NCBI GenBank assembly: GCA_003344405.1
Contig: NOWV01000180.1
Location: 1 to 64,000, forward strand
Direction: 5' to 3'
From: Trichoplax sp. H2
Taxonomy: Eukaryota
Length of the DNA: 64,000 bases
Part shown: one piece after another, positions 1-12,006 of the stretch
Position numbering within the stretch: the first letter of the stretch is position 1
Layout: the number at the start of each line of letters is the position of its first letter
Made by a program: the position numbers and the translations under genes
Notes under the pieces: generated by a model
The model's database searches: none
What the model saw: only the letters and a program-made list of their open reading frames with translations
What the model was told of the DNA's origin: nothing

Positions 1-2417
1 TAAAAACATTCGAAAAATTTAGTAAAAGTCTTACAAGTTGTGTAATTTGAAACATGTAAAAATCACCATTGTGGCCCGATAATATTCTTTGTATGCGCTT
101 GATATTTTTAGGCCACTGAAATGCGAATGAATTGATAAAGAGAATAGGTTTGTTAATATTTTCATACACTTCTTCTCCAAGTGGGAAGAGCCAGGCATCT
201 AAGCAAACTCCACATTGAAGCCTTGCATCTTTAGCTAATGCGGCTATGGTTGTCCCTCCACCAAAAGAATGTCCGAATACAGCTAACGAAGATAAATTGA
301 GACGCTCCTACAACATAGAACAAAAGGATAAATTAGCATTGGACTAACACACTTACGTTGGTTAATTAATTCTCATTAGACAACATACAACATTATTTAT
401 TGGTTTTCCGTTTCGCATTATAAATATCTTATAATATGTTAAAATGTACGCTTGCTATTATTACGTGCCTTGAATTGTTCTAACTTAAAGTCACTGCTAT
501 CTATCAGGTTAGTAATTGGTGCCCCTGCATTCAGTTTTTCCAGTAAGTCAATAACATTGCTTACTTCTTGAGCTCTTATATTTACCTAAAATTTATTATT
601 ACGAGCAATGAAATTAATAATATTGATAATAGGAGTTTTTGATATAATACACTAGAAATTGATAATTTCATTTAAAAGTAAGCAAAAATTGCACAGTACC
701 TGCTTATTTCTAGTTTCGAAATCATCTATAGGACATCTTTTGAAGGGTACATTAATGACTTTAGCCTTCTCAGCTATCTCCGTTCCTTCTTTTTCTGGAT
801 AGTAGTACGTGTGGGAGGCAGAAAGATCTCTGCAGAGGGATAACGTAAAACTTTACGTTAAAGATTCAATTAATATAATATAATATAGCCTGTATCTTGT
901 ACACAGCTATGTGAACTGTACTAGCTGATGCAGTCTTGATATAATCAACAAATATGGATGTGTAAGTAGGCATATATTGTACAGGGATATTAAAAAAAAA
1001 GTTTAAGCGTTTGTATCTAGTTTGACAGGCGATTTAAAATTGCGAAATTTATACGGTAATACGGCATTATTACTTGTTAATTTCTAGTTCAAGCCAAGGT
1101 TAAAGTATTGATGAAAAATACATTTTATACCAGATTCAGGTATTTACAATTAATATGGCTAAATGTACTATAATGTGCCATACAGTAAGTGAAATATCAC
1201 TTGTCTTGTAAACTTTGCAGGCAAGGCTTAATCTATTTAAGTCAAGAGTTTGAGCTTGGCTAAGTAGTCCTCACTTGTCCATGATCTTAACAATTACAAT
1301 AGGGATTTATCGTATAGATACTAGCAAAGATATTCACTTTCTTACCTATGATCAAGGGAAGCTGCAACATAACCGTAGGATGCCAATTCACAACATAGCA
1401 CACTAAGTATTGCCCGATTGCCACCTAAGCCATGCGAACAAATTAAAACACGTAATCTTTGAAGATCGAGCTGTGGTGTTTCCTCATAATCCTTCGGTTG
1501 TATTAAGGGAGCATTCTGGTAAGTCGGTATGACTGTATTGCCTAGACATTAATGTAGGTTGTGAATATTGAAAAAAGGGATATTTAATTATTTTCTATTA
1601 CCTAAATACCTTTATGGCGATCGAAATAACTGCAAACTAGGTTATCCTGTCTTGAGTATATTGATACCCTTAATATGTGATGGAATAGCTTATAATTATA
1701 TTATTGTAAGTTAGCTTTGTTATGGTCTTTGTTATTATAACGGCTAGGCAATAATACTCGTACAGTATACCATAGATACACAGATCTAGAAGTACTGTAA
1801 GTAATTCTATGACTCTACTTCTGCTACAGGCAACAGTTAAGCCCTGCACTGAGTGAATATCGACTAAATAGTAAAATCGGGAGTGAATGAATTTAAGAGA
1901 AATCTATCAAGGTAGAATGTAACAGTCCAGTAGAATACAACTTCTCTTTACTTTACGTTAATTACATAGGGGTACAGAAGTAGAAAACAGCACGTATATG
2001 ACTATTTCATCGATGTCTGTCAAGCAATTTGGTAACACTGGGATGGCCTACTGTACATGAAATAATGCAGAAGGTCTTTATCTAGTAATCTATGGTTTAT
2101 GTGTATAGTACATAGTAGTTCGTTATCCAATAGTGCAGCATCGGTAACTAATTATTCCACTTACGAAGCATCCAGCCAGTAAAGAAGCGAAGTGGCATTT
2201 CAGCGAAATCGATAATACCCTTTGTGTAATTGTTGATAGGTTCCGGTAACCAAGAAGAGGTGTGACATCTATTTCGTAATTCTTGGCTAGGCTGAGTTGG
2301 ATAATACAGTCTTACCAATGTACTTTGTTCGCCTCGGCCAGACATTATTTCAGCTGTACCAACATTGTAAGGTCCTGTTGGTTTGGGTAAAGCGGTCTTG
2401 TAGCCAAACCAGTACAT
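1..2417 (-). CDS. PAFAH2: Platelet-activating factor acetylhydrolase (PAFAH2/PLA2G7 family); multi-exon, 3' end off the left edge
   Basis: Exon 1 encodes LPKPTGPYNVG...LVRLYYP...WLP. Later exons (~1541-1347, ~829-701, 585-469, 307-~68) encode CSHGLGGNR, ELASYGYVAASLDHRD, catalytic GHSFGG and LDAWLFPL. No signal peptide, so closer to the intracellular type. Confidence 0.9.
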
Positions 2418-2427
2418 TTTAACTTTA

Positions 2428-3095
2428 ATAGTCTTGTAATTTTGTTATCAACAGCAATTTCAATCTACGTTTCGATCACTGCACTCTGTAAGATATCATA
2501 GGCGTATGCATTAGTGAATACTAATTATATTACAATAATGAGCACTGTACAGTATTAATCGATTCAATCGAAGTATTACTGTTGAAATTTGGCAATGTTA
2601 TGGTCAGAATCAATTGCAATCGACGTTTCAATCGCTACAGTCTACATACCTAGTGTGCAGCGATTGAAACGTAAATTGTAATTGCTCTCCACTATAAAAC
2701 TGCAAAACTACGAGTGTACTGTACTAGTCTGGTTTGATAATAATTGAATAGTGAATGATGAATAGATCAGATACCTTTGGGAGTGATTGAAATGTCGATT
2801 CAAACTGCTCTTGATTACAATAATCTTTCAATCTATTAATGCATTACTACAGATTTGATATGCATGTACAATGTCCATTGACTGTATGACGTCTTGTGCT
2901 GAAGACATCATATGCGTATGTTAGTTCATATACGAGTATGTACAGTATAGTAATAATAATTATTAATTCATTATGCAAAATTCAATCCAAATTTCAATCG
3001 TTTTGTACGCTTACATACTGTACAGTAGGTATTTAATCTACAGTAGTACACCGGTAGTTTTGCAATTTTGAATCAAGAGCCATTCCAATCTACTG
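2428..3095. repeat. Cluster of degenerate ~58-bp repeats in both orientations, including a long inverted pair
   Basis: Unit ~GTAGTTTTGCAATTTT..AGCAATTNCAATCTACGTTTCAATCGCTGCAC at ~2428-2485 (+), ~2580-2640 (+), ~2654-2711 (-), ~2779-2825 (-) and ~3053-3095 (+, partial). Confidence 0.65.
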
Positions 3096-3739
3096 TATAT
3101 CTATAAGATGTTGTATGGACAGTATTGTATATTAACAGTTGAAGTTTTTATTATGGACAGCACTCGTCTAGTATTGACTAGATAAGCATTGATCGTTACA
3201 TTCCACGAGTTATTTCAAGTGCTGTATGTAATCTAATCTTGTTAGTGCGTTAGTTACATGATACAGTAGTATTTCTATTGACAGCACAGGTTTGAAATTG
3301 TAAGTTGTGATCGCTTACGCTGAAGGGCATACAATTTCCTTGCTTAGACAGTTGATGGATGCAGTTCTTTCTTCCTGAAGAAAGAGATTAAGAGTGGAAA
3401 ATGTGAACTTTATGAATTCATTAACGATGGGGGTGTTACGCAATGTGCTGTCGCCAGGTGCAGCGGTGTATACTGTGGGCGACACTTACGTGCTACACTT
3501 TGTTACATCGTTTTATTGTTTGACCTGCTCATACTGGTGTCGCCATATTACGCTTCAGTAGGGTGGAGATTGTGCAGGTGGGTGAATTCTCTCCTATTAC
3601 TGTATTACGTAATACTGTATACTGTAGATGACAGTAGATGAGGGTGAAGCTCTTTTATTTGAGAATCTCCGAGTTCGATAGCAATAGACTGCACGGTGAA
3701 CTTTCAACTTTTTTACCCCGACTTGGTAATTAACAGTTA

Positions 3740-4015
3740 CTACTGTACTGTATGTAGACACTACTACTGTACTAGTGACTAGTGTAGTGTACACTGTATG
3801 CTCTACAGTGTACAGTGTACAGTCAGAGACTTCTAAGACGAGTAACAGTACAGTATGTACTGTAGACACCACTACAGTACTGTACTAGTGACTAGTGTAC
3901 TGTACAGTACAGTACTGTACTGTATACTCTACAGTGTACAGTGTACAGTCAGAGACTTCTAAGACGAGTAATAGTACTGTACTGTACTGTACAGTGTACA
4001 GTGTACAGTACATAG
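3740..4015. repeat. TACAG/CTGTA low-complexity array containing a ~120-bp tandem duplication
   Basis: ACTAGTGACTAGTGTA...CTCTACAGTGTACAGTGTACAGTCAGAGACTTCTAAGACGAGTAA occurs twice, from ~3771 and ~3884. Confidence 0.85.
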
Positions 4016-4156
4016 TGAACAAGCCAACAACGACAAAAATCAGTCTGGTCCGTAACTCCGTATAGAATATTTTCAAAGGGATTTAACACAGGTAAAAATT
4101 CTTACCTCTATAGAATCTATAGTACTTAACATGGACTACAGTACAGTCATAGATTT

Positions 4157-4272
4157 GTACATTTTTCCAGGGAAAATTGAAAAGTCTATGGTGTTGTACT
4201 GTACTGAAAGAAAAGTACATTTTTCCAGGGAAAATTGAAAAGTCTATGGTGTTGTACTGTACTGAAAGAAAA
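4157..4272. repeat. Perfect 58-bp tandem duplication
   Basis: GTACATTTTTCCAGGGAAAATTGAAAAGTCTATGGTGTTGTACTGTACTGAAAGAAAA at 4157-4214 and 4215-4272. Confidence 0.95.
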
Positions 4273-4574
4273 TTCGCTATTTTGCTCGTTATTCCAACTA
4301 TAACCATACACTGTACTGTACAGCGATTGAATTCCATCCAAAACGCAAAGCAGACCAGATTTACATTTGAAGACTATGGATGGAAAGACTGATCGATCTC
4401 TGCATAAGGTGTTTCATCAGTCAGTCAGTCAGTCAGTCTGAATTCTATTTTACGCAATAACACAGTACTAACGCTATTTTCCCCCCCTCTGTACAGTGTA
4501 TCGTACAATACACTTTTATCCATACTTTTTCTTTTACTTCGCTAGTTTTTCCATACCTTAAAGTCAATTTCGTG

Positions 4575-4656
4575 GCATGCGCAAGCGCAACAGCATTCAG
4601 TCACGTGCTTTGCAATGCTGTATAGGCCACGGCCTTGTGGGTAAAAAGCCCTTTCC
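4575..4656 (+). promoter_or_regulatory. RPL30 core promoter: NRF1-like site, E-box, polypyrimidine (TCT/TOP-type) initiator
   Basis: GCATGCGCA at ~4576, GTCACGTG at ~4600 and CCCTTTCC at 4649-4656, preceding a probable non-coding exon ending AG|GTAAAA at 4723. This layout is typical of ribosomal-protein genes. Confidence 0.55.
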
Positions 4657-4825
4657 AACGTGCTTCACGCCAGCGACGGATTTTGCCACCATTATTCTAC
4701 AACATTGCAAGCCTCAAGTTTAGGTAAAAATTAATCATGTTACAAATTATCTTCATCAACATACTGATCTTTATTTAATGGAATATTTTCTATTTCTTTT
4801 CTATGTTATGGATACAGAAGCTAAA

Positions 4826-5935
4826 ATGGTTTCAGCGAAAAAGCAGGTACTTTTTAATTGCACTTGAAAGACTGCACGAGTCTACTGTGGTGGATACTCT
4901 AGTTGACCACTCTGCGTTGTGTAGTGTAGAAATAGAAAGGCAGTGATCGGTAGTGTAGCAAAATTGATTTGATTTCTAGTTGGAGATGGATGTCTATTAC
5001 AACAAGAGTGTTTAGCCATAACTACATGACATTTTTATTTGTTCATTGATAAAAAGTATTGTAGATTAAGTATAGTGCAATATGATTACTACAGCATACT
5101 GTATTTTAATGAAAAAGATTTTATCCATACACTTATACAGAACGTACCAGTCTTAGCCAAGGCGTGAATTCCTTTTGCCTAGAGTAGATTGGTTATACAG
5201 TTGATATTCGTGTATCTTTTTTTATACTCAGCTTGTGTTAACCTTAAGAGAGATAGGACAGTAGAGTTGACTATAATCAAAGTGAGACTGATTTGAAACT
5301 GATGACAACTAAACTTTTTGATACTGTAGAAGAAGAATGTCGAAAATATCAATCAAAGATTAGCTTTGGTTATGAAGAGTGGTAAGACTTCTCTTGGATA
5401 TAAATCAACGTTGAAGAGTATTCGCCAAGGGAAAGCTAAATTAGTCCTTATTGCGAATAATACTCAGCCTATTCGGTAAGATGCTATGTGATGCTAGATA
5501 GTGACTGTTATCTTGGTCATCACTTTTTCTTAGCTTGATACCAAACAGTTTTGGATCTTGTATAATGTACTGTATCATAGACTACCAGCAGTTCTTCTTC
5601 TAGTAGTCCATGACCATATTTAACGTTATGCATGGATGAATGATCAAATTATTAATCGATCTTAACCATGACGTTATAATTTATAATCTCTTCACTTTTA
5701 TTACAATGAATTGCAAAGATGGAGTAAACTGAGCTAAATTATAACTTTTAGGAAAAGCGAGATTGAATACTACGCTATGTTGGCAAGGACTGGTGTACAT
5801 CATTATGGTGGAGACAACAATGAACTTGGTACCGCTTGTGGAAAGTACTTTAGAGTTAGTACAATGAGTATTACCGATCCCGGCGACTCTGACATTATCC
5901 GATCAGTACCGACCGCTGAGCAAGAAAAGAAATAA
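4826..5935 (+). CDS. RPL30: 60S ribosomal protein L30 (eL30)
   Basis: Coding exons 4826-4846, 5330-5475 and 5752-5935 join in frame: [46 protein letters not shown]...[21 protein letters not shown]...[11 protein letters not shown]...DPGDSDII. Confidence 0.97.
5146..5263 (+). ncRNA. Candidate intronic H/ACA snoRNA/scaRNA
   Basis: Hairpin ACCAGTCT/AGATTGGT with an internal pocket and AGGC/GCCT upper stem; imperfect H box ATACAG 14 nt below the upper stem; second stem TATCTTTT/GAGAGATA; ACA at 5258-5260, ~70 nt upstream of the 3' splice site. Confidence 0.4.
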
Positions 5936-7142
5936 TTCAAGTTACTTAAGTTTTGTATTGTATGATATATAACGTTGTATCTCCGGTTGCGATGTAATAA
6001 ATATGCATTGAATTGGGCATGACATTTTGAAATGGCTCTACTAGTTTTTTTTGTACCTATGCCAAGCATAATTCAACGAGAATTTCTATCATATAGTTAC
6101 ATTTACTGTATCATACTATCATTACGTTTATTATACGGTAAAAAGTTGTTTACCCTTAAAGTATTGTTTCAACTTTTGGAATCCCACTCTTTGGCTATTG
6201 GGTAAAATCATTTGTTACATGGACGGATCTAAGATTGCGGTACTTTGGTCTTGGAATATTAATTTTAAAAACGATTCTCTAAAGAATGCTGCATAGCTTA
6301 GTTTGCATTATTAGAGCTGTTGGACTAAACCCTCTCGTCTTGGCATTGCACATTAAACTATTGCAGATTTTAAGATTTATTAGCAGCAATGGATACTAAG
6401 ATTTAAACGCAATTGCTAAAGCTGCAAACTACAAAATAAGCATTACTTTACTTTTATACATATAATAAGTGTTGAATTTTGCATGCAAAAAGGCAATCTA
6501 TTTTATCAGCTGTAGAAATTAATAGATATCTGGTAAAATGATAAAGCTTTAATATGGACTCGTTACCTCACGGGCATTTGTACGTACATACAAATAAGGT
6601 ATTCTAGGATTTTGGTTCGAATTTCAGAGTCAGGTAGACGCACAAATTACAAATGTACAATTATTAAATTTCAGCAAATTGGTGAAATGACATTTTTATT
6701 TCGTGCTGGTTGACTGTGAACTAGCTATCAGTGTGAGGGGGTGGGGTATAGAGTATATAATGATACTGTAGTGTTATGGTAGACTACTTGCAGCCATGCC
6801 AATCGGGTAATGTAGGGATCATACATTGAAATTAGTTTCAGCCTACATAGTACTCGTATACTAAGAGGCAATGTTAGATATTTAAAATCTAGCTGAAAGG
6901 ATAACATACCTGATTTTATTAAGAGCTCATTTCGATATTTATGCATATATAAATAATTAGTATACAATAAAGGCGCAGTAAAATTTTCGCATGTTACAGC
7001 AAATCTTTAACAACGACGTATAAAAACATGACAAAACTTTTACGTAATCTACAGCTACATGTTCATTTTTATCATGTGCGAAGATATTGTATCTAATAAT
7101 ATACACAATAATCAGCTGTATACCTATATTTCAAAGTGTTGG

Positions 7143-10100
7143 TCATACAACCTTTAACCGAGGCGGTGAAGCTACTAATTCTCGAGTAGTTTGGTCCAAT
7201 AATTTATACTCATCTAACAACGAATTTAGAGATTCTATGCTATTATCAAACGTAGCCATTTCCATTCCATCGACCTCTAGATAATGATGAAGATGCGCCT
7301 GCAAATTTCGAATATGATTTACAAGATTAACGTACATGTATTATAGCATGACGCTACACTACTAGCGAGTTAGACTGACAAATAGCAATCGATGAAGCTT
7401 TCAAGGACAATACCTTGCGTTTATACAATTTCACAAATCTATGTTGAATATCAGAGAACGTGTCTTTGATACACGTATTATTTGATAATGTTAAGAGAGA
7501 ATAAGGCTAATATAAAAGCAAAAGTATTAGTGTTTTTGTGAAAGATCCAAATGATCCTGATTGATAATTATATAATTTACCAATGATACTTACATGACCG
7601 ACCGGAGGAACTGAGCATAGTCCAGTTTTCCACCCATCTTCGTTCCAGTGAATAAAATTAAGAGAAGGTCTAATCCTATCGATTATATATAATGAAAATA
7701 AGGAGAATTATCTAGTCAATTGAAGATTATTACAATGTCATAAAAGACAATACTGTACTGACGGGTGCATAGATAAAAGATTTACTGTTTACCTCTTAAT
7801 ATTCCGCCTTATATCTGATATTTCCACTTTTCCACGGACTAGAAGGGCACAAGACAAGTATCTAATTTTATTAATATGATGAATGTTAGTAAGAAGGGAT
7901 TTTGATGATATCAGTGCAGATTAAGATTTAGGAGGAGAACAAAAAAGGTTTACAGATTGCGTTTTGGGTCGGCTTTTATCAACTGATAGTCTTTTGAGAA
8001 TGCGTCAGAGAACATTTCATCAAGTCTGTAATACAGAATTATGTAAAGGAGCAGTATGAGTATGATCAATTATACTGTGTATACTCGTGAAAAGCAAATG
8101 ATTTCCGCAGGAGTACCTTCGAGTTGATAAATTTACATCGGCTAAAGCATACAGAGGGGTCATGCTGGAAATCAAATAATGTAAACGTGGAAACGGGACC
8201 AAGTTCATAGTAATTTCGTTTAAATCGACATTTAAAGAACCTTCAAACCTTGAAGAACTGATGTGATTATAAAGGCAAATACAATGAGCAATGCCAGTAC
8301 TGTTATGTTAATGATCATGTCGGCTACATTATCTTACCTTGTCATATTTAGTAGTAAATTAGCTACGATATTATTCATGCCATCAAAAGGGCGTGCTTGT
8401 GAACTTTTGGTTTTTCCTCCATGGCTATTAGTAATAGTGCTTTCGGATTTAATTTGCTTTTTACTTATCCCTCTACTAGCTGTAGCAGTTACGTTACTAA
8501 TTCTATTGCAAATATCTATTAATGACTGCAAGACATGAAATAGGCTATTAGATTAAAGATTAAAGTTAGATAATTCTTAAATAAGGCAGACCTGGTTATC
8601 TATTGGCATTACACAATCTGCATTGTCTGTTAACTCCTTCATAGCTAAGATGCTATTGTAAGGAGAAGTTATAACATCATCTTCGATAGAAGGGTATACT
8701 GCTGTCACGAAACTAAAAATTAACAAATATCTCAAGATCAGCACCAAAATTATGTTACGGCATGGATTATATTCAGTCTGTTGAACAATATAAAATGGGA
8801 AAGATATTTAATGCATACGATAAATATGATAACATTTGCACTACCGATATACGTTTGGGTAATCATCTTGAAGAATATTTAATATTGCTGTACCAACTCC
8901 AGATCCAGTTCCTTAAATAAATATTTGAGAAAGCATCGATAATTATTATAGCTGAAACTTGACCTAAATTTTAAACGATTGTAGTATGTTGCATAACTAT
9001 ACCCCCTCCCATCGAATGGATCATAAAAAACGTCTGCAAATAGTCACATTTTTCTGCTGCCCTTCTAAGAACTTCAACTAATTTATCTCGATATTGATTA
9101 CCGTAGAAGAGGTGGCCGATAGACCTATAAGTAAGCAAGAGATTAGCAGAATGTAAGGTGCTATATTACAATTTCGTGTGATTGTTGTAAGCGAGGTAAA
9201 ACATGGCGTAAAAATTTCAATCAACTATATCCTACCAGTTGTTTCCAGATCCGGAAACATCAGTTATTAACTGCTTATGATCGAAGATATCTCTTAGCGG
9301 ACTATTTAGTAATTCATTAACTACGCCTTCTTCCATATCGACCAAAACTGCCTACAATACCGAATTATCATTTCAAGTTAATTTTTGGGAAAGTCCAGTA
9401 GATAAATGGATTTTATGCTAGATGATGGATTGTCTAAGCAATAGCTTACTCTGGCTTTTAGCGTTTTAATTTTTGTCCTGCCGTTACCGACCTCAACATC
9501 GAGAGGATCTTCATACCTTATACAGTAATATAGGTGATGATTTATTATGATTCATTCAGGTAAGTTGCTTAACAGTTGAAGATCGGTTAAGTTGAGAATT
9601 AATTAGTATTGCAATAGTTTATCAACCTGTTATCAACGTTACGAAAGAAGCTGCTGTAAGGTTCATCGAAGAATCCTTCCTTCAGTAGCATAATTTATGT
9701 TAAGTAAAAAGATTCATTAGGATATTATAGTTCTATAAATTTTGAATGGCTTGTTCAATCGCATACGTATCATTGCATACACATAAAATGCGTATGCCAA
9801 ATTCTACAGTAAGTAAAATAAGTAATTAATGTGTTGCTAACCTTATTGATGGCAGCATGTTCCCTTAGAGCTAAATCCCAAAATCTACAGCCAATCTTTT
9901 AAAAATAAAGTGTTACATGTAAATCAATCGAAAATAGTGATAGCAAATCATACGTGTTTACTGATTTACGCGTATGCTCCACACGATTTAACTCAACGCT
10001 AATCTAGATATTGTTATAGTCATAAATTCAATCTTCATACAGCATAGATGCGGACGACAACATTACTTTTTACTTACAACATTGCTGATTTTGCAAATTT

Positions 10101-10643
10101 TGGTCAATACTGTACAATCTACTCGTATAGTACATTAATTATTATTATTAATTATAAGAATTGTAAGCTTACCTGATTACCGCATTGCCCGACTTTTAGG
10201 ACGTCAGTAACCGTGTATGTAAGAGTTGAGCAGCGAAAGAATCATTTCGCATTACAATAAAGATACATATATAAAAATAAATATCAGGCAGTGTTAAGAG
10301 CCAAACTTATACAAAATAAATGGTGATTAGATTTAATTTATATATGCAATAAACTTAGTAATTAGCTTAAAATTGATAGTTTGTAAATCTGCAAAGCGGA
10401 CGCGAATTTCTGCTGCAAATGAGCATTTACTATACAAGTGTGCATGCTTGTAGTTGATATCATAAGTAATCACTCGATGAGCTCGATCATGATCTATAAT
10501 GCAGATGTACAAGTCTACTGTACTAAATATTTTGGCCATATTTTTGAACAAACTTTAACAGGATCAAGATCAGCAACTAGTACTTTTCTTCTAATGTCAT
10601 GCATAAGTAGTAGATTACCTTGCACCACAACAGACTGTGTCAT
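7143..10643 (-). CDS. TUBE1: Tubulin epsilon chain, ~14 exons
   Basis: Spliced translation MTQSVVVQVGQCGNQIGCRFWDLALREHA...ARAVLVDMEEGVV...SGSGNNW...HSMGGGTGSGVG...YPSIEDDVITSPYN...RFEGSLNVDLNEITMNLVPFPRLHY...HWNEDGWKTGLC...AHLHHY; GT-AG introns. Confidence 0.96.
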
Positions 10644-10894
10644 TCTTGAATTTGATAATGTACTTATATAGTTGTGAGCTCTTCCAGGATAATATCAGGG
10701 GCTGCAGTTGAATACAATTCGGTATGAACGGCTATATCTTGAAGCTCTATGTAATACCTACAGTATATGACCAATACAGTGCATTCAATGAATTGCTTAA
10801 TTGATATTTGAAGTATTAAAAGAAATAAACAAAAAAATATTTGCAGGTTAAAAGTCTGGGGCTATGAACAACAATCATTAGGTCAATAGCTTTT

Positions 10895-11170
10895 ACTGCA
10901 CTGTACTGTATAGCTTATGTACAAAGTTGATAAAATTCTGGATTTGCGCATGGTCTGTCACTGACAGTATCCTAGCTCTATTGACTACAGTACACAGTAC
11001 TGTACACTCTGCAATACAGTACTGTGTACTGTACTCTGTACTAGTACAGTACAGTACTGTACCGCATTGACAGAAACAAATTCATTCACAAAGCTAAACT
11101 ATGTAGTATGGACTACGCAGTACTGTACGAGTATCAGTATGGCATCCAATTACGTATCACTAAGCAACCA
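10895..11170. promoter_or_regulatory. Putative TUBE1/RITA1 bidirectional promoter with TACAG/CTGTA cluster and X-box-like site
   Basis: Lies between divergent ATGs (10643 -, 12007 +). Dense TACAGTACTGTA; ATCACTAAGCAAC at 11156-11168 resembles an RFX X-box. Confidence 0.4.
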
Positions 11171-12006
11171 TTTCAAAATTTCATTTAATAAAAAAATTGC
11201 TATGAAATGGTTTTAATAGTGTTTAAAGCATGAGTTCAATCTCTATACAAATATTACTAATTTTCAATTTCATTTCATATGACTTACAGTATTTATAACC
11301 GTAAAAGGTATAAACCATTCGAAATAATATTGAGTTCATATTTCGAATAACATATTCCATCCCTTACAAGGCAAGCACGTCTTGTTGGCCATATCAATCA
11401 TAATTTGGACATATTTTACAGTCAATAAAAATAGTTCAAATAGTGTACGAGTAAATACCATAACTTAAGAATTTTGCTCCTTGATTCGCTGTGAGGATAC
11501 GCAATGTTAATAACTCTACGTAAGTTTCATGATTAAATATACGCGTATATGCATTTAGAATATCAGAATTTCATTTCATAACTTATGATGATACTGCAAA
11601 ATGATGCCATACCGTATCGGCAAATGAGTAGAAGAAAGCAAAGTGTAGTTAAAACTATAAGTATTGTATATTGCATAATTCCATACTAGTATCAAAAATA
11701 ATGCTTGATATCTCCTGAATATTAGTGTACTCGTAAATAATGTACGTATATACTAGATTGGGCGTATAGACTGATCAAAAAGTTATTGATAAACTTTCAA
11801 TCGGGAAATGTATTAACATAACCACCAGTATACAGGTATAATACAGTTTACTCGTTTGCTCGTTTGTTCGATAGCACGTTATTTCTGCCCTTCCTGTACT
11901 TTCGTTGCTTTACTCTATATAGCGCTACTTCTTAATGCACAGTATATATACCATAACAATATTTAATATGATGTGATATTTATTAAATTCGAATAGGAAA
12001 ATAGCA

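Noticed and set aside
3597-4392. ORFs rich in YCTV/TVQY/STV (also 16371-16923, 29058-29240, 36757-36975)
   Set aside because: They are translations of TACAG/CTGTA simple repeats, not genes.
5241-5252. Partial I-PpoI/R2 target-like rDNA sequence CTCTCTTAAGGT on the minus strand
   Set aside because: Only 12 nt with no flanking rDNA or retroelement; kept only as possible guide complementarity.
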